A stretch of DNA of 63,394 nt, counting the filler, from Reticulomyxa filosa (Eukaryota; Protista; Foraminifera): NCBI GenBank assembly GCA_000512085.1. It is 14 parts of 14 records of this genome, joined end to end, with 100 filler letters (N's around TTAATTAATTAA, not from the genome) between each part and the next. Parts side by side here need not be neighbours in the genome. Positions count along the whole stretch, not along the records: positions 1 to 19,887 come from ASPP01000383.1; positions 19,988 to 28,107 come from ASPP01003497.1; 12 more parts are not named here. One strand, given 5' to 3'. Shown here one piece after another: positions 14,442-26,989 of this stretch. The notes under the pieces were generated by a model, which made no database searches, was not told the DNA's origin, and was given only the letters and a program-made list of their open reading frames with translations. How positions within the stretch are numbered: the first letter of the stretch is position 1; the number at the start of each line of letters is the position of its first letter. The position numbers and the translations under genes are program-made.

Positions 14442-15320
14442 ATGGGTGGCCAGACAGGAGCAAAAGAGAAAATTCTTGCAGAAACTTCAAGAGTGAGTGA
14501 AAGAGAAAAAAACGAGACAAAAAACAAAAAAACGGAGGAAAAAGCTCTTGTAAATGAAACTTCAGAAGCAAAAGAAAGTAATGAAAAAGAAAAGCTAAAT
14601 GCAACAAAAGAAAAATTAAAGTGATATTATCAATCACAAGATAAACTGGTTTCATGTTGAAAAAAATGAAAAAATCGAAGAAAATGGAAAATGGGTAAAT
14701 TTATAGATTATTTTTAATTTGTGGAAATCAAACTGAAATCATGGAATTATAAGATATTTGGAATGATCAATAAAATCAAAAGTACATCACATTAGTATTC
14801 GAAGAGAAGCAGGGAGTGGGAAAAGTATGTTATCTCAAAGAATTGCATATTTGTGCAGAAATGATCAGTTGTTTATCAATTTCAACGAGATGGAACGAAG
14901 GACAATCAGAGAAGGTATTCAATGCCTTGATATTTGTTTCCAAATATTCGATCGACACAAACAATGACATAGATAAAGATAGATCACCAGTGGAATTACT
15001 TAAAACAATATCAAAGAAATTAAATAACAAATAATTATATTTATTGACGATACATTTATTGAAACGAGCGAAAAAGAGATGTACATTGCATGTGCAAGAT
15101 GCATTGTCAAAAATATTCGAAGATGTGTGGAGGCATGCAGCAATTGGTGGATTGACAGAAGATATCCAAATGAAAACGAAAAAAGAGAAGGAAAATATAT
15201 TGATGAAAGAAGAATATCAAAGTAATTGTACTTGAAAAGCAATCAATAGCACAAATATCAAGCCATTGAATGGAATTTCCGACTTATCAAATAAAATGGG
15301 ATGGTAATAATGATATATAT
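14442..15320 (+). pseudogene. NACHT/STAND NTPase-HEAT repeat (NLR-like) pseudogene with a large internal deletion
   Basis: MGGQTG start, charged linker, then HISIR-REAGSGKS-MLSQRIAYL at 14788-14853 (Walker A GxxGxGKS with G to R), followed at once by HEAT-like repeats (EKVFNALIFVSK, VELLKTISKKLNNK, DALSKIFEDVW); many stops and frameshifts. Confidence 0.65.
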
Positions 15321-15640
15321 GAGTGTCTTAGTGATGAACAGACTATATTAGAAGCAAGTGAGGTAAACGACTTCCAGCCAAGGTAAACTTAAATTTTAAC
15401 GAGAATAAATCTTTAATTTTTGAAAACGTTAAAAAAATGCAAATTTCATGAAAACAAGAGTTTTTTTAGCAAAATTGTGGTTTTTCGTTATTGAAAAATG
15501 TATTGTTGATATTGTTAAAATCAAGACATTCCAAAAGGAAAAACAGTGAAAAGACAATAAATGTAGCAATTTCGAAGAAGTGATGTCAATCCAAAAAGAT
15601 TTATTTTATTCACTTTTAAATTTTTGTTAATGTAAGTTAG

Positions 15641-16804
15641 TCACTTCCAAATTCGAATTGTTGCATCAAGAGAACATGATACAATTGTATTACCATTTGG
15701 CGAAATATCCAATCCTGTTACTTCTTTAGAATGCCCTTCCAATATCTGTATTTCCTTACCTGTTTTTGCATCCCACAACCGAATTGTCTTGTCGTCTGAA
15801 CAAGACACAATCGTTTGACCATCTGGAAAAAATTTTACATCATTGACCTGGCCAGAATGTCCACACAACACTTTCAATTCTTTTACTGTTTGTACTTCCC
15901 ATATTCGAATTGTGTTATCTTCTGAGCATGATATAATGAATTTTCCGTCTGGAGAAAACTTTGCACACAATACAGGACCAGAATGTCCTTTTAATTCTCG
16001 TAGCCTTTTACCTTTACTCACATCCCATAAATCCATTATATTGTCTTCAGATGCAGATACAAGCATTCGACCATTTGGTGAAAATTGGACATAAAGTAAA
16101 TCTTCTGAAAGTCCTTCCATTTGCCGAATCTCATTTCCAGAATTTACATCCCATATTCGTATTATTGCATCTGTTGAACATGACACGATATTTGCACCAT
16201 CTGGTGAAAAATTTACACAATGTACCGGATTTAAGCTGCCCTCAAATCTAATTACTTCTTTTCCTGATTTTACATTCCACAGTCGGATTGTTTCATCTTC
16301 TGAGCATGAAACAATATTTTGTCCATCTGGTGAAAATTCTGCAGCTTTAATCCAATGCTCATGTCCTTTAAATTTTTGTATTTGTTTTCCCAATCCAATA
16401 TTACATATTTGGATGGTATTATCGCCTAATACAAAAACAATGTTGCGTCCATCAGATGAAAATCTAACTCTATGGATTGTAGTCTTATATCCTTTTAAAG
16501 TTTTATGTAGTTGAAAATGTTTAGCCTATTTTGGATGTTATTTGATGGTAATCAATACAACTGGATATTTCTAAATGAAATCAAAAAAAAAAAAAAAAAA
16601 AAAGAGTACCATTACATATTTAGTGATAATTCTGTCAAAATCTGTGATCCATCCAAATTTCACTCTCGAAATCCGAATCCAGTTATGAATAATCGTGTTT
16701 ATTTCTTTTTCTGACTAAGTATACATACAAGCAAAGTCGGTTGTATGTACATACTTACGAATCAAATATCTTCAACAAAAGATTACCAACTGTGGCGTAT
16801 TCAT
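15641..16804 (-). CDS. WD40-repeat protein (about 7 repeats), 3 exons
   Basis: Exon 1 MNTPQL (16804-16787), 99-nt exon 16714-16616, exon 16525-15641 with repeated GH..V.FSPDG..IVSCS.D.TIR.W units. Confidence 0.9.
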
Positions 16805-17455
16805 TCTTTCACTTATAACAAAAGGATGACAAAATAATATTGCACTTTTTTGAAACAAACTCGGAACTTGTTGCCCCTCCAAACTTGTTCTACAGCAGTT
16901 GTTGCACAATATGCAATTATAAAAGCAATTTTCTTCATTAAAAATGCGGTTATACATATATCATTTTATTGTATAGGTAAGAGCTAAACAAATAACTTAT
17001 AACGCAATGGCCAGTTTCTATGATTTTCATTTATTTTATTTTGCTTTAATGCAAAAAACAATCCTAAATTCATATGCCTTGTTTTATTTCAAACGTGAGC
17101 ATAATCACTCAATGAAATGGGTAACATGTGTTTGACTTTCATTCAATTTTTGCATTCATGGACGTTTATATACTTCTTGATTTTAATTTTTGTTGATTAT
17201 ACTTTCGTCTAAATAAAATAATTTTAAAAAAGAATGCAAATAAAGCAAAAAGAAACTCAGCAAGTAAAGTTTGCTTGAAATATACTTTTGAACAAGCACT
17301 TTTGAGAAGAAAAAGAGGACAAAAGGGGCTATCCATTTTGTTATATTAATAGTTTGAAAGACAATGAACAAAAGTTATTCTTTTTTTTCCTCCTTTTTGA
17401 TATGAATAAATATTTATGATAGTTTTTTATAGAAATAGAAAATGAGCCTAAAACA

Positions 17456-18712
17456 ATGCCAAAGAAAAAGTTAGAAATAGAGAGAGCGTATGACGCCCAG
17501 AACAGGGTTTGGCGATACAAGATTATTCGAAAAAGGATATTCAAAACAGCAGTTTGTTCCATCTAAAAAAAAAGAAAATTCAAATCTAAGATAACAATTT
17601 ACTTGCAAAATAATGAATATATGTCATAAAAACAAACCGATAACAGAGCGAAAAGGCAATTAGCCTGCTTTTAGACAATTGGATTCGGTGTTTACTAATT
17701 AAGTGGGGATGGATTTATGAATTCAATTCAATTATTGCGCAATATGTTTAGTGGAGTATCTTTGTTTGGTGCATTACCTTTGTTCAGTTTATTAGTTATT
17801 TTGTTTTCTTTTAATGAAAAAAAACCATGCGTTCAGGCCAAGTATTTCTGGGAATCAAAAGTGTATAATGTAAAGTCTGGCGTAACTAGTGTAAAATTTT
17901 CACCAGATGGAACTAAGATTGTTTTAGCTTCCAATAATGAACTGGTTCAAATATGGGATGTGGAATCTGGAGAAAAGATGAAATTGAGAGGACATTCGAA
18001 ATTAGCAAAACAGGTACAATTTTCACCAGACGGTAAGATGGTATTGTCATGTTCAGGAGACAAAACTATTCGAATTTGGGATGTGAAAACGGGAAGAGGC
18101 TTATTAACATTAACTGGACATCTAGGCCCTGTAACACAAGCCCAATTTTCCTCAAATGGCCGTAAAATTGTATCAGCTGGCATTGACAATACAATTCGGA
18201 TATGGGATGTGCATACCGGAAATGAAACGAAAAGAATCAAGGCATATCGTATACACGATGTTCAATTTTCACCAGATCTACAGACAATTGTTTCATCCTC
18301 TTCTGATGGAACAATCACAATATGGAATGTCCAATCAGGCCTTCGGATAATTCAATTAGTGGGGCATTCTGATATTGTGCTTAAGGCAAAATTTTCTCCA
18401 GATGGTTTCTATCTTGTGTCCTGTTCATTTGATAATACGATTCGAATATGGGACTTGACATTAGGAAAAGAATTGAAAAAATTAGAAGGACATTCAGATG
18501 TGATAAATGATGTGCAATATTCCACCGATGAACAATTTCTTGTGTCCTGCTCAGATGATTCCACCATTCGAGTGTGGGATGTGAGATCAGGACGTGAATT
18601 ACAAAAATTGGAAGGACATTCCGATATTATTACAGGAGTAGATTTTTCACCAGATGGTAACATGATTGTCTCTTCTTCTTTTGATCGGACAATTCGATTA
18701 TGGGATAATTGA
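17456..18712 (+). CDS. WD40-repeat protein (about 7 repeats), 3 exons
   Basis: Exon 1 MPKKKLEIERAYDAQNR (start inferred), 99-nt exon 17647-17745, intron 17746-17836, exon 17837-18712 with canonical GH..FSPDG..TIRIWD repeats. The hydrophobic N-terminus of the track ORF is mostly intron. Confidence 0.9.
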
Positions 18713-19176
18713 ATGACGATGATATGGATTAAAAGACAAAAGATTGAATTAATTACAATAATGAATAAAAATTGTACTAACATTTTTACCAAAAGGATTA
18801 CTGGCTACTGTTTCTTCAACCATTTTTTCAAAAAAAAAGTAAGCTTCAAAATGCTTCAATAAATTATTCAAACATTTGCAACTTCCCCTAAGTACAAATA
18901 TTGCCAAATATGTGATCATTATAACATTTTCAAAAATGCTGAAACATAAAACTAGTTTTGATACTACCTGAAATCGAAACCGAGATGGTTTGTTTGCAGG
19001 ATGCAAAAATTTACAAAAAAACATCTATCTAGCCTTTGCTTTCAAGTTTATATTGTCAAAATTATTACAAGTCTAAACCTCTGCACCTGTGAGCGTTATT
19101 TAAACAGTCTCAAAGTAAACATGCAAATACCTTTTATGTTTATTGTTATCATTTATTTTTTTTTGTAGTTTCCAAT

Positions 19177-19887
19177 TTAAATATTGTCATCGTCCGGGGG
19201 TTGTGGCAATGGCCCACCTATAATAAGGCCATCAAACGCGGCAGGTGGTGCGGGATCATCATCATTAACTGGAGGCAATCCACCAAATGCAGGAGGCGGA
19301 GCCTCTTCTTCGTAATTAATTGGAGGTAGCCCACCAAATGCGGGAGGTGGAGCATTTACTTCAAATTTGTTTTGATTCGGATCAACGGCGACAGAGAACG
19401 GTTGAGCATTTTGAGACTAAAAATTATAGCAACAAACAAAAAGAACAGATCTTTTTATTCATTTGTTATACAGACAATATAAAACATTTACCTGTTGTTG
19501 CAGTTGCTTGGCCAATTTTTCGGCCTCTTCTTGCACTTTGCGTTCATTTTCTTGTTGGCGTATTTGACTGAAAATTTTCTGTTGTTGTGCCAGTACTTGC
19601 ATTTGCTGCTCTGGGGAAAGTCCCAGCTCAGATAAGATAGGAGCCTCCTCCAATTGTACTTGAGGTGCGGGTTGCGCCCCTACATTTTGTTCTGAACGTG
19701 GTGATCGATTATTTTGTTGTTGAATATGTTCCCAAATAGCGCGTTGTCTTTCAATTTCGTCGGCATCGACACCTGCAATATCTCCTGGAGCCGCTTGTTT
19801 TTGTTGTTTTTGCTGCGGTTGTTTTTGTTGTTGCGCTTGTTGTTTTTGCGGTTGTTGTTTTTGTTGTTGCTGTGGCTGTTGTTTTTG
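19177..19887 (-). CDS. 3' part of a Gln-rich / Pro-rich protein (5' truncated by contig end)
   Basis: QKQQP repeats, helical segment, intron ~19491-19417, terminal exon with APPPAFGGLPP twice, stop at 19177. Confidence 0.65.
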
Positions 19888-19987
19888 NNNNNNNNNNNNN
19901 NNNNNNNNNNNNNNNNNNNNNNNNNNNNNNNTTAATTAATTAANNNNNNNNNNNNNNNNNNNNNNNNNNNNNNNNNNNNNNNNNNNN
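19888..19987. other. Artificial contig linker
   Basis: N44-TTAATTAATTAA-N44, stops in all six frames. Confidence 0.98.
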
Positions 19988-20036
19988 TTTTTTTTAATTG
20001 AAATAATTTTGTTGGCTGTCTATTTGTTAAACAAAG

Positions 20037-20335
20037 GCCCTCGAAAACGACCCATCACTTTGCGTAAAGCAATTGTTCAACCATCAGGTAGTGGTGCAGC
20101 TGAGGAAGTTGATATTAAGTTTATTGATACTTCTTCACAATACGGTAATGGTCGATTCCAGACAAGCGAGGAAAAGAAGACGTTCTTTGGCACCACCAAA
20201 AAAGATCGATTAAAAGAACAAGCCAAAAAAACACAAGAAAGAAAGCAAAAGAAAGAAACAGAACCCAAAGAAGATGCCCCAGAAGAGAACGCAGAAAAGG
20301 AAGAAGAAGTGACCGAACAAAAATCAGTTTTGTGA
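20037..20335 (+). CDS. RPL3: 60S ribosomal protein L3 (uL3), last exon
   Basis: GPRKRPITLRK..DIKFIDTSSQYGNGRFQTSEEKKTFFG matches the conserved uL3 C-terminus; AG acceptor at 20035-20036. Confidence 0.9.
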
Positions 20336-23218
20336 GATAGCACAGGAGGAAAAATATTTTTGTATTAGAGGGTGCGCCTAATCATTTCAAATTTTTTTTG
20401 TTTTGCCAATATAGAAAACCTCGGCGAAAGGATCCAAGAAAAAAGGAGGAAAAGGCTCGAAAAAGAAAGGCTCAGGAAAGAAAACAAAAACTCAAAGTGC
20501 AAAAACAGAACGCAAATAAATAGCTTCTTGTTTGGAGAGCACATCTTTGAAGAAGCACTAATGATATTAAGTGATTGGGAAAAAAACAAGTTCTTTTGCA
20601 CTGATGTAAACATTGTTTATGGACACGTAATGCTTTTTTCCATTGGCCTTTGTTGTTTGAATAACTCAATTAACGTTTTTTTCCATTCACAATATTCGAA
20701 ATAAACATATTGCAATTCATCAAAGGCTTATTTTGAGTCCACATTTTTTGTACTTAATCTATTTAAAAAAAGAGTAGAAAAAGACAAATTTAATCATTTT
20801 TTAAAAATACTGTTGTAGTTTTCAAATATGGAATTGCCTTTTAAAGTTTTTAATAAGTATGCATTAAAACATAATTATTTCTATATTTTTGAAAACTTTG
20901 TGAGAATGAATAGTTTAGCTTGTATTGTGACCACGAAACTTAATTTTCATCAAAAAAAGTAATTGACATTGACTTACGTGACGTGGGTCAATTAATAAAC
21001 ATGAAAGAGGATAATAAGATTTAGAAAGTCGATTCGTTACAAATTTCTCTTTGTCACAGATAAACAAAAAGTATATGTTTTGAAAGCAGACAAAAGGCGA
21101 ATTTGAAAACGATAAACTTTTGCTTTTTTTAGTAGACAAAGAAGTGGTGATCACATGATTAAAAAGTAAAACATGATGGAAACAAAAAGCCAATACAATA
21201 TGAAATAGTTTATATGCAATTAATGACAAAGTGCATTTGAGAGTTTTAGGGACAATGTGTATTGAAAGCAATTAGTTTATTTTCTGTATTGATATGCATA
21301 TGCTTTGTATACAACTTCTATAGCTATCGGAGTTTCTTTGCTCTCTTTATCGCAATGATATATAAGATAGTATTGAAGACTATTGCTTCATCAATTAGGG
21401 GAATATAGTATATATTTTTGTCTTTGCAAAGTGACATATACTTGTTTAGCTTGTATTGGTAATACTTGCAAATTGCTTTCTTACTGACCTCTTGCGATTG
21501 CGACACCATGTTCATGTATTTAATCCAAAAGTCAAATTATGTTGTTTATATTTGCTATTAAACCACTTTATTGAGATGTCTACTGGTCTGAGATTAGATT
21601 AGGATTATGTAATGGCTTCTAGCTTATAATTCAGTAGTGCACTTAAGAAGTTTTAAAATGAATGCATCTACTAAATTGTGGAGATATATAAGGTATCTTC
21701 AATGTGGACATACTAACTCGTTGTCACCGAATGTGTCCATTTGCGATTGGCATGTATTACATAAATAGAATATTGAAATCATAGTATCAGTTTGGACGAT
21801 AAGTAATCGCATGACTTAAAGGAATTCATTATTACTAAAATGTACTTTCGTAAACACATTAGGATAAGCTTTCAAGAATGTCAATTTGTGTTTAGCAGAT
21901 GATGACGATATTAATGTTCTCCTTTGTTGGTTTAATTTCTCTTTGATTGAGATGTGGATGTAGAAGCGATTTATACACATACTGCACATGGTTCTGCAAT
22001 GCGAACTAAAAGACATCAATTGAAATTGGGAGCTAATTGATGGAAAAGTTTTGAAAAATGTTACTAGTCAAAAAATTTAATAATTCACTATGTTGAATGT
22101 CAATATCATTTTTCACATTGTTGCTGTCTTGATGTTTGACTTATTGTTGCATTGCTTGAAATTTTTGAGAATTGCTTTTCTGTACTTTGATAACAATGTA
22201 TGCACTTAATAACTTGATAATATACTTGATTGATATATCCACATATGTCTGACACTGAATCTAACGGCAGATTCAAATCCGGCGACTTCGATTTGTAGTA
22301 TCTATCAGTTTGATTTTTGATTTTTTTTATTTTGTTTATATTTGACAAAATATGATTTTTAGATATATTATCATGTTATTAAATTTTTTTTCTTCGGAGA
22401 AATTTTTCAAAAATGTAAATGCTGTTTTGAGTTTCAGACGTTGCAATGCAAGAACACAAAAATTTTTAAAGGAATTTTTGATTAAGTACTCTTTATCACG
22501 AGGTTTTTTTCTCTGTCATAGGAAATCGAGAATCACTACTAATAAAAAATTCAATTCGCGTCTTTTTCTTCATCAGTTTTTCGCAAAAAAGTTATAATTT
22601 TGTTTTCCTGGATTCTCCTTATTTTGTTTATATTTCCCAATGATATGCACGATGATAATGATAAAACATGTGCAAACGAAAGAGCTCACATGTTGACTTT
22701 CGCCATTGTACTTTCTTCTGCTGATCAAAATCAATTTAATTGTACTGTTTTTGTTGAATATTTGTGAAAAAGATCACTCCTTTTGATTTTTGGATATCCT
22801 TATTTCTGTTGAATTTTCTTCCAAACTTTCTTATGAATAAAGGCAAAAAAGACACAAAAGTTCAGATTAAAATTAAAAAAAGGAGAATGAACATTATTGA
22901 CAACATAGAGACAATAGCACAACAACTAAAAGTTCTTATAGCGTTATCTATCAGAAAATCTGTTTGTAATGAATTTATATCCACTATATTATGTTGAACT
23001 GAAGATTTTGACAAAATTGACTTCAAACAGTAAGTTTTTCTTTTTTTTTTTTTTGCATACAAATATTTACACATATGCAATCTACAAACTTGGAAATTTT
23101 TTTTTCTTTTTTTTACATATCCAATATAAAATAAAGTAAAACTAAACAACAGCAAAGGAAAACAATAAGAAAATTGCAACTTCTAACAAATTTGCATTTT
23201 TTTTTTTGTGAGAATACG

Positions 23219-24380
23219 TTAGCCCCAAATTTCAATCGTTCTGTCACAAGAACATGATACAATTATATCAGCATCGCAACTGTCAACACATCTTACAGCT
23301 CTAGCATTTCCTTTCAGTTTCTGTATTTTTTGTCCTGATTTCACATCCCACAAACGAACAGTTCTATCAGCTGAACAAGATAGTATAGTTTGACTGTATG
23401 AAAAATATTTTACATCATTTACACCAGATGAATGTCCTTTTAATTTTTTCAATTCTTTTCCAGATTTTACATCCCATATTCGAATTGTTTTATCATCTGA
23501 ACAGGACACAATAAATTTGCCATCTGGAGAAAATTGTGCACGTCGTACATAACTGGAATGTCCATTGAATTCTTTTAATCTTTCGCCTGATTTTACACTC
23601 CACAGACCAATGGTTTTGTCAGTGGATGATGATACAATCATTTGCCCATCTGGTGAAAATTGAACACTTAATACAACTGTTGAATGGCCAAGCATTTTTT
23701 GGATCTCTTTTCCAGAGTTTATATCCCATAATCGTATTGTTGTATCAGATGAACCTGATACAATATATTTACCATCGGAAGAAAAGTTTACATCCCATAT
23801 CCAATTCAAATGTCCTTCCATTTTTTGCAATTCTCTTCCTGACTTTACGTCCCATAATCGTATTGTTCCGTCTACCGAACCTGAAGCAACTATTTGGCAA
23901 TCGGGCGAAAACACTGCCACATTGACCCAATCGGAATGCCCTTTAAAAATTTGAATTTGTTGTCCCATTGCAACGTCCCACATTCGAACTGTATGATCAT
24001 CTGAGCACGAAATGATTTTTTTTCCATCTGCAGACAACATTACACTCTTAATTTCATCTGAATGCCCTTTTAAAACTTTCAATAGTCGAAAATGCTTAGC
24101 CTGTTATTTCGAAAGAAATATTATATAAAAGAACCAAAATCACAAATAAAGAAATGGCTTAACGTATTTGACAATGATTTTGTCAAAATCGTAAATCCAT
24201 CCTAATGTGATAACTGCCATTCGGATCCAATTTTGAATAATTTTTTTTATTTCTCTTTCTGACTATGATTTTTTTTTTTTTCATGTTTACCATAGTGATC
24301 AACTCACTCTGAAAACCAGTGAAGTAAGAACATACTAGCTGCGGTATTGTAGACTCTTTATCGTTGGACGAGATATTCAT
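23219..24380 (-). CDS. WD40-repeat protein (about 7 repeats), 3 exons
   Basis: Exon 1 MNISSNDKESTIPQL, 99-nt exon 24262-24164, last exon ~24100-23219 with canonical WD repeats; same structure as the other two WD40 genes. Confidence 0.9.
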
Positions 24381-24707
24381 TTCTCTCTATCTTTTTTGTT
24401 TGTATCAAGAGAAAAAAACCAAATCAGGTGCAATTTAAACAAACTTTGACTTATGAACACCCTTTATTTTTTAGTTGGACTTGTTTCGTTGCAGACTTGT
24501 TGTGCGCCCCTTTCTTTGTTTATTATTAAAAAATTTTAAAAAGTAGATCTGTGATAAGCACATAAGATAATTGATAAAACGAGATATGTTTTTGGTGCTG
24601 TTTATGTCCAAAATACACTTATTTTATCTGTTTTGTTCTCCATTTCAAAAAAAGAAGGAGAAAATTATTAGAATTTTTTGTTTGAAAGAAAATCAATCAA
24701 AAGAGAA

Positions 24708-26055
24708 ATGTCATCAATTGAAGGTGTAGTGACAATTGATTCAAAGGAATATACACTCAACTTAATTAGTTTAACACTTGAAGATCTGAAAGAAGAAATT
24801 GTCAAAGTGGCCCAAGAAAACGAGCAAGAAAATGCGTTGATGAAAATAACTGACCCGAATGGTCACGATATTGAAACAGATCAACAGCTTCAAAGCATGT
24901 TTCCACTTTGTTTTCATGCCTATTTCGAGCCAAGTATATTTTTTTGGGTTTGTTTATCCGTAATTGTTAATTCGATAACAAACACAAATTAAGTGAGCAC
25001 AAAAATGAGCAACAGAAAAAGAAGAAGAAAGAGACGAGAAGAGTGTACCAATGATAATAGAAACGCTGAATCTGGACACACATTGGAATAAAAATTGGAG
25101 AAGAGCAAATACAAAGGCAGTGAAAACAGTGATGGAAATGATAAAAAATAACGAGCAAGGATTAGTTGTTGTTGTCAACAATACTAATTTATGGCAAATT
25201 GCAATAAGTAAGTCTTCCGTTACACTGAACGATAATTCTATTTCATTACGTGTATTAATAAATAATGGCAAAGCTGAAACACAGTCATTTGGGGAATATT
25301 GTTTGTATGTGTTGAAAAGTAAAATGATACAATTGAATGAAATAAATATTGATGGAAATGTGTATGCTGTCAATTGTGAAATTCAATGCAAAGGGAAGGA
25401 TGTCAAGATTACAACATATTTATTTGTGGCAAATGCTATTGTCCATCCACAATTGACGCAGTCAATTTCACCCATTTCATGGAACACAAAAGTGCATCAC
25501 GATATTTTGGTGCACGTTCAAGATCTTGAAGATAAAGCAGAAATGTGTTCAAGTCAAATGGATTTGAATGATGCCATTAGCTCTTTACAAGAAGCTTTGA
25601 AATTTTCCATTGATAATATTGGGGCAAATCATCCTTATATTGCTATTTTATATTGCTGTTTTGCAAAGATCTATCATCGATACATGAACTACGACAAAGC
25701 AATTAAATATTACAAAAAAGCACAAACAGTCTTTTCGAAAGCATTTGGAGAGATGCATTTGCATGTTGGTAATACATTGTACAATTTAGGGAACATCTAT
25801 TGTAACAAAGGAGATTATGACAAAACAATTGAATGTTATCAACATTCGCTAAAAATAAGAAAAGAAATTTTGAAAATTAACGATACATTTATTGGAAGTT
25901 GCTATTGGAATTTAGCGTCCATATCTGAACAATATGGCGATATAAATAAAGCACAAGGATATTATGAAGAAGCATGGAAAACGAATAGTGCGCTATTTGG
26001 AGAATGGAACGAAGACACTTTACAGGCAAAGGCGGGTACACAAATAAATATATAA
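24708..26055 (+). CDS. TPR-containing protein with two unidentified N-terminal domains, 2 exons
   Basis: Exon 1 from 24708, intron 24934 to ~25009/25015; C-terminal 42-residue kinesin-light-chain-type TPRs (HPYIAILY..YDKAIKYYKKA, TLYNLGNIYCNKGDYDKTIECYQHSLKIR). Confidence 0.85.
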
Positions 26056-26989
26056 GGAAACAAGATTTATTGTGTTAATTGCAAAAATAATGTCTTTTTT
26101 TGTTAATGAAAAGCCAAAACAAAATAAAATTACAAATTTGAATGGCTAGCCAATCTCTTTCAAAAAAAATCTATATTAAAGAAATAACCAAAATGACCTC
26201 ATTTAATTAGCTTAACAAAGTCTTAATACATCATAACACGTTTTAATTGGCTTTATTTGTTTAAGATAATGACAATAAATCGATTGAATTTCATCTAAAT
26301 ATGTTTCCAATTTGTGTTGTAATTTTCAAAAATCACAAGATTAATACAATAAAAAGAAACTATAATGAGTCGATCTTTTTATGTTTCTTAGATTTTGCGA
26401 ACTTTTTGTGTTCTATACATTTATGACCGTTTCTTAAATGATTAAGCTATCTTATTTGTGTAATTGATTAAGTTGTTACCTTAAAATAGTAAGGCTATAC
26501 CATGCATAGTTCATTTAGTTTCTTCTATGAATCAATAAGAACTCTGTATCCTATAAACACCGTTCAAAGTCTCCTCAATAAATTTCAACAATTTTTGTGT
26601 GAGTAGGAGTGACAAAGTTTGAATACTTGTCAAATGTTACATATTTTAATAAAAGAAAACTACAAATATATTTCATGATTGACGCATGAATTTGTATTGC
26701 TTATTTTTTGCAAATTTTCTGAGTGTTCAAACAACACAAAATATCATTTTAAAAAAATAAGCCGTTTCTGTGAAAAGTCAAAAAATTTTTTGCACAAAAA
26801 CGCTGCTCATTCCCTGTAGGAAAAAAAGGGCACAAAACCCGTTTGTTTTTGTTTGGCCTGTTGTCTTTTTTCTGCTTTCGTTGTTTTGTTTAGGTAATAA
26901 TTTTTTCTTTTGATAATAAAACAAGCATATTCAAACTAGTATATTTTTTTTAGATTATTTACTAAAAAAAAAAAAAAAAGGAACGAGTG

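Noticed and set aside
17717-17836. Apparent signal peptide/TM segment at the start of the 331-aa WD40 ORF
   Set aside because: Mostly a T-rich intron (17746-17836) read through; the paralogs show the true exon structure.
21300-22350. Possible decayed non-LTR retroelement endonuclease on the minus strand
   Set aside because: Only faint motif-like fragments; no RT motif, poly-A tail or target-site duplication could be supported.
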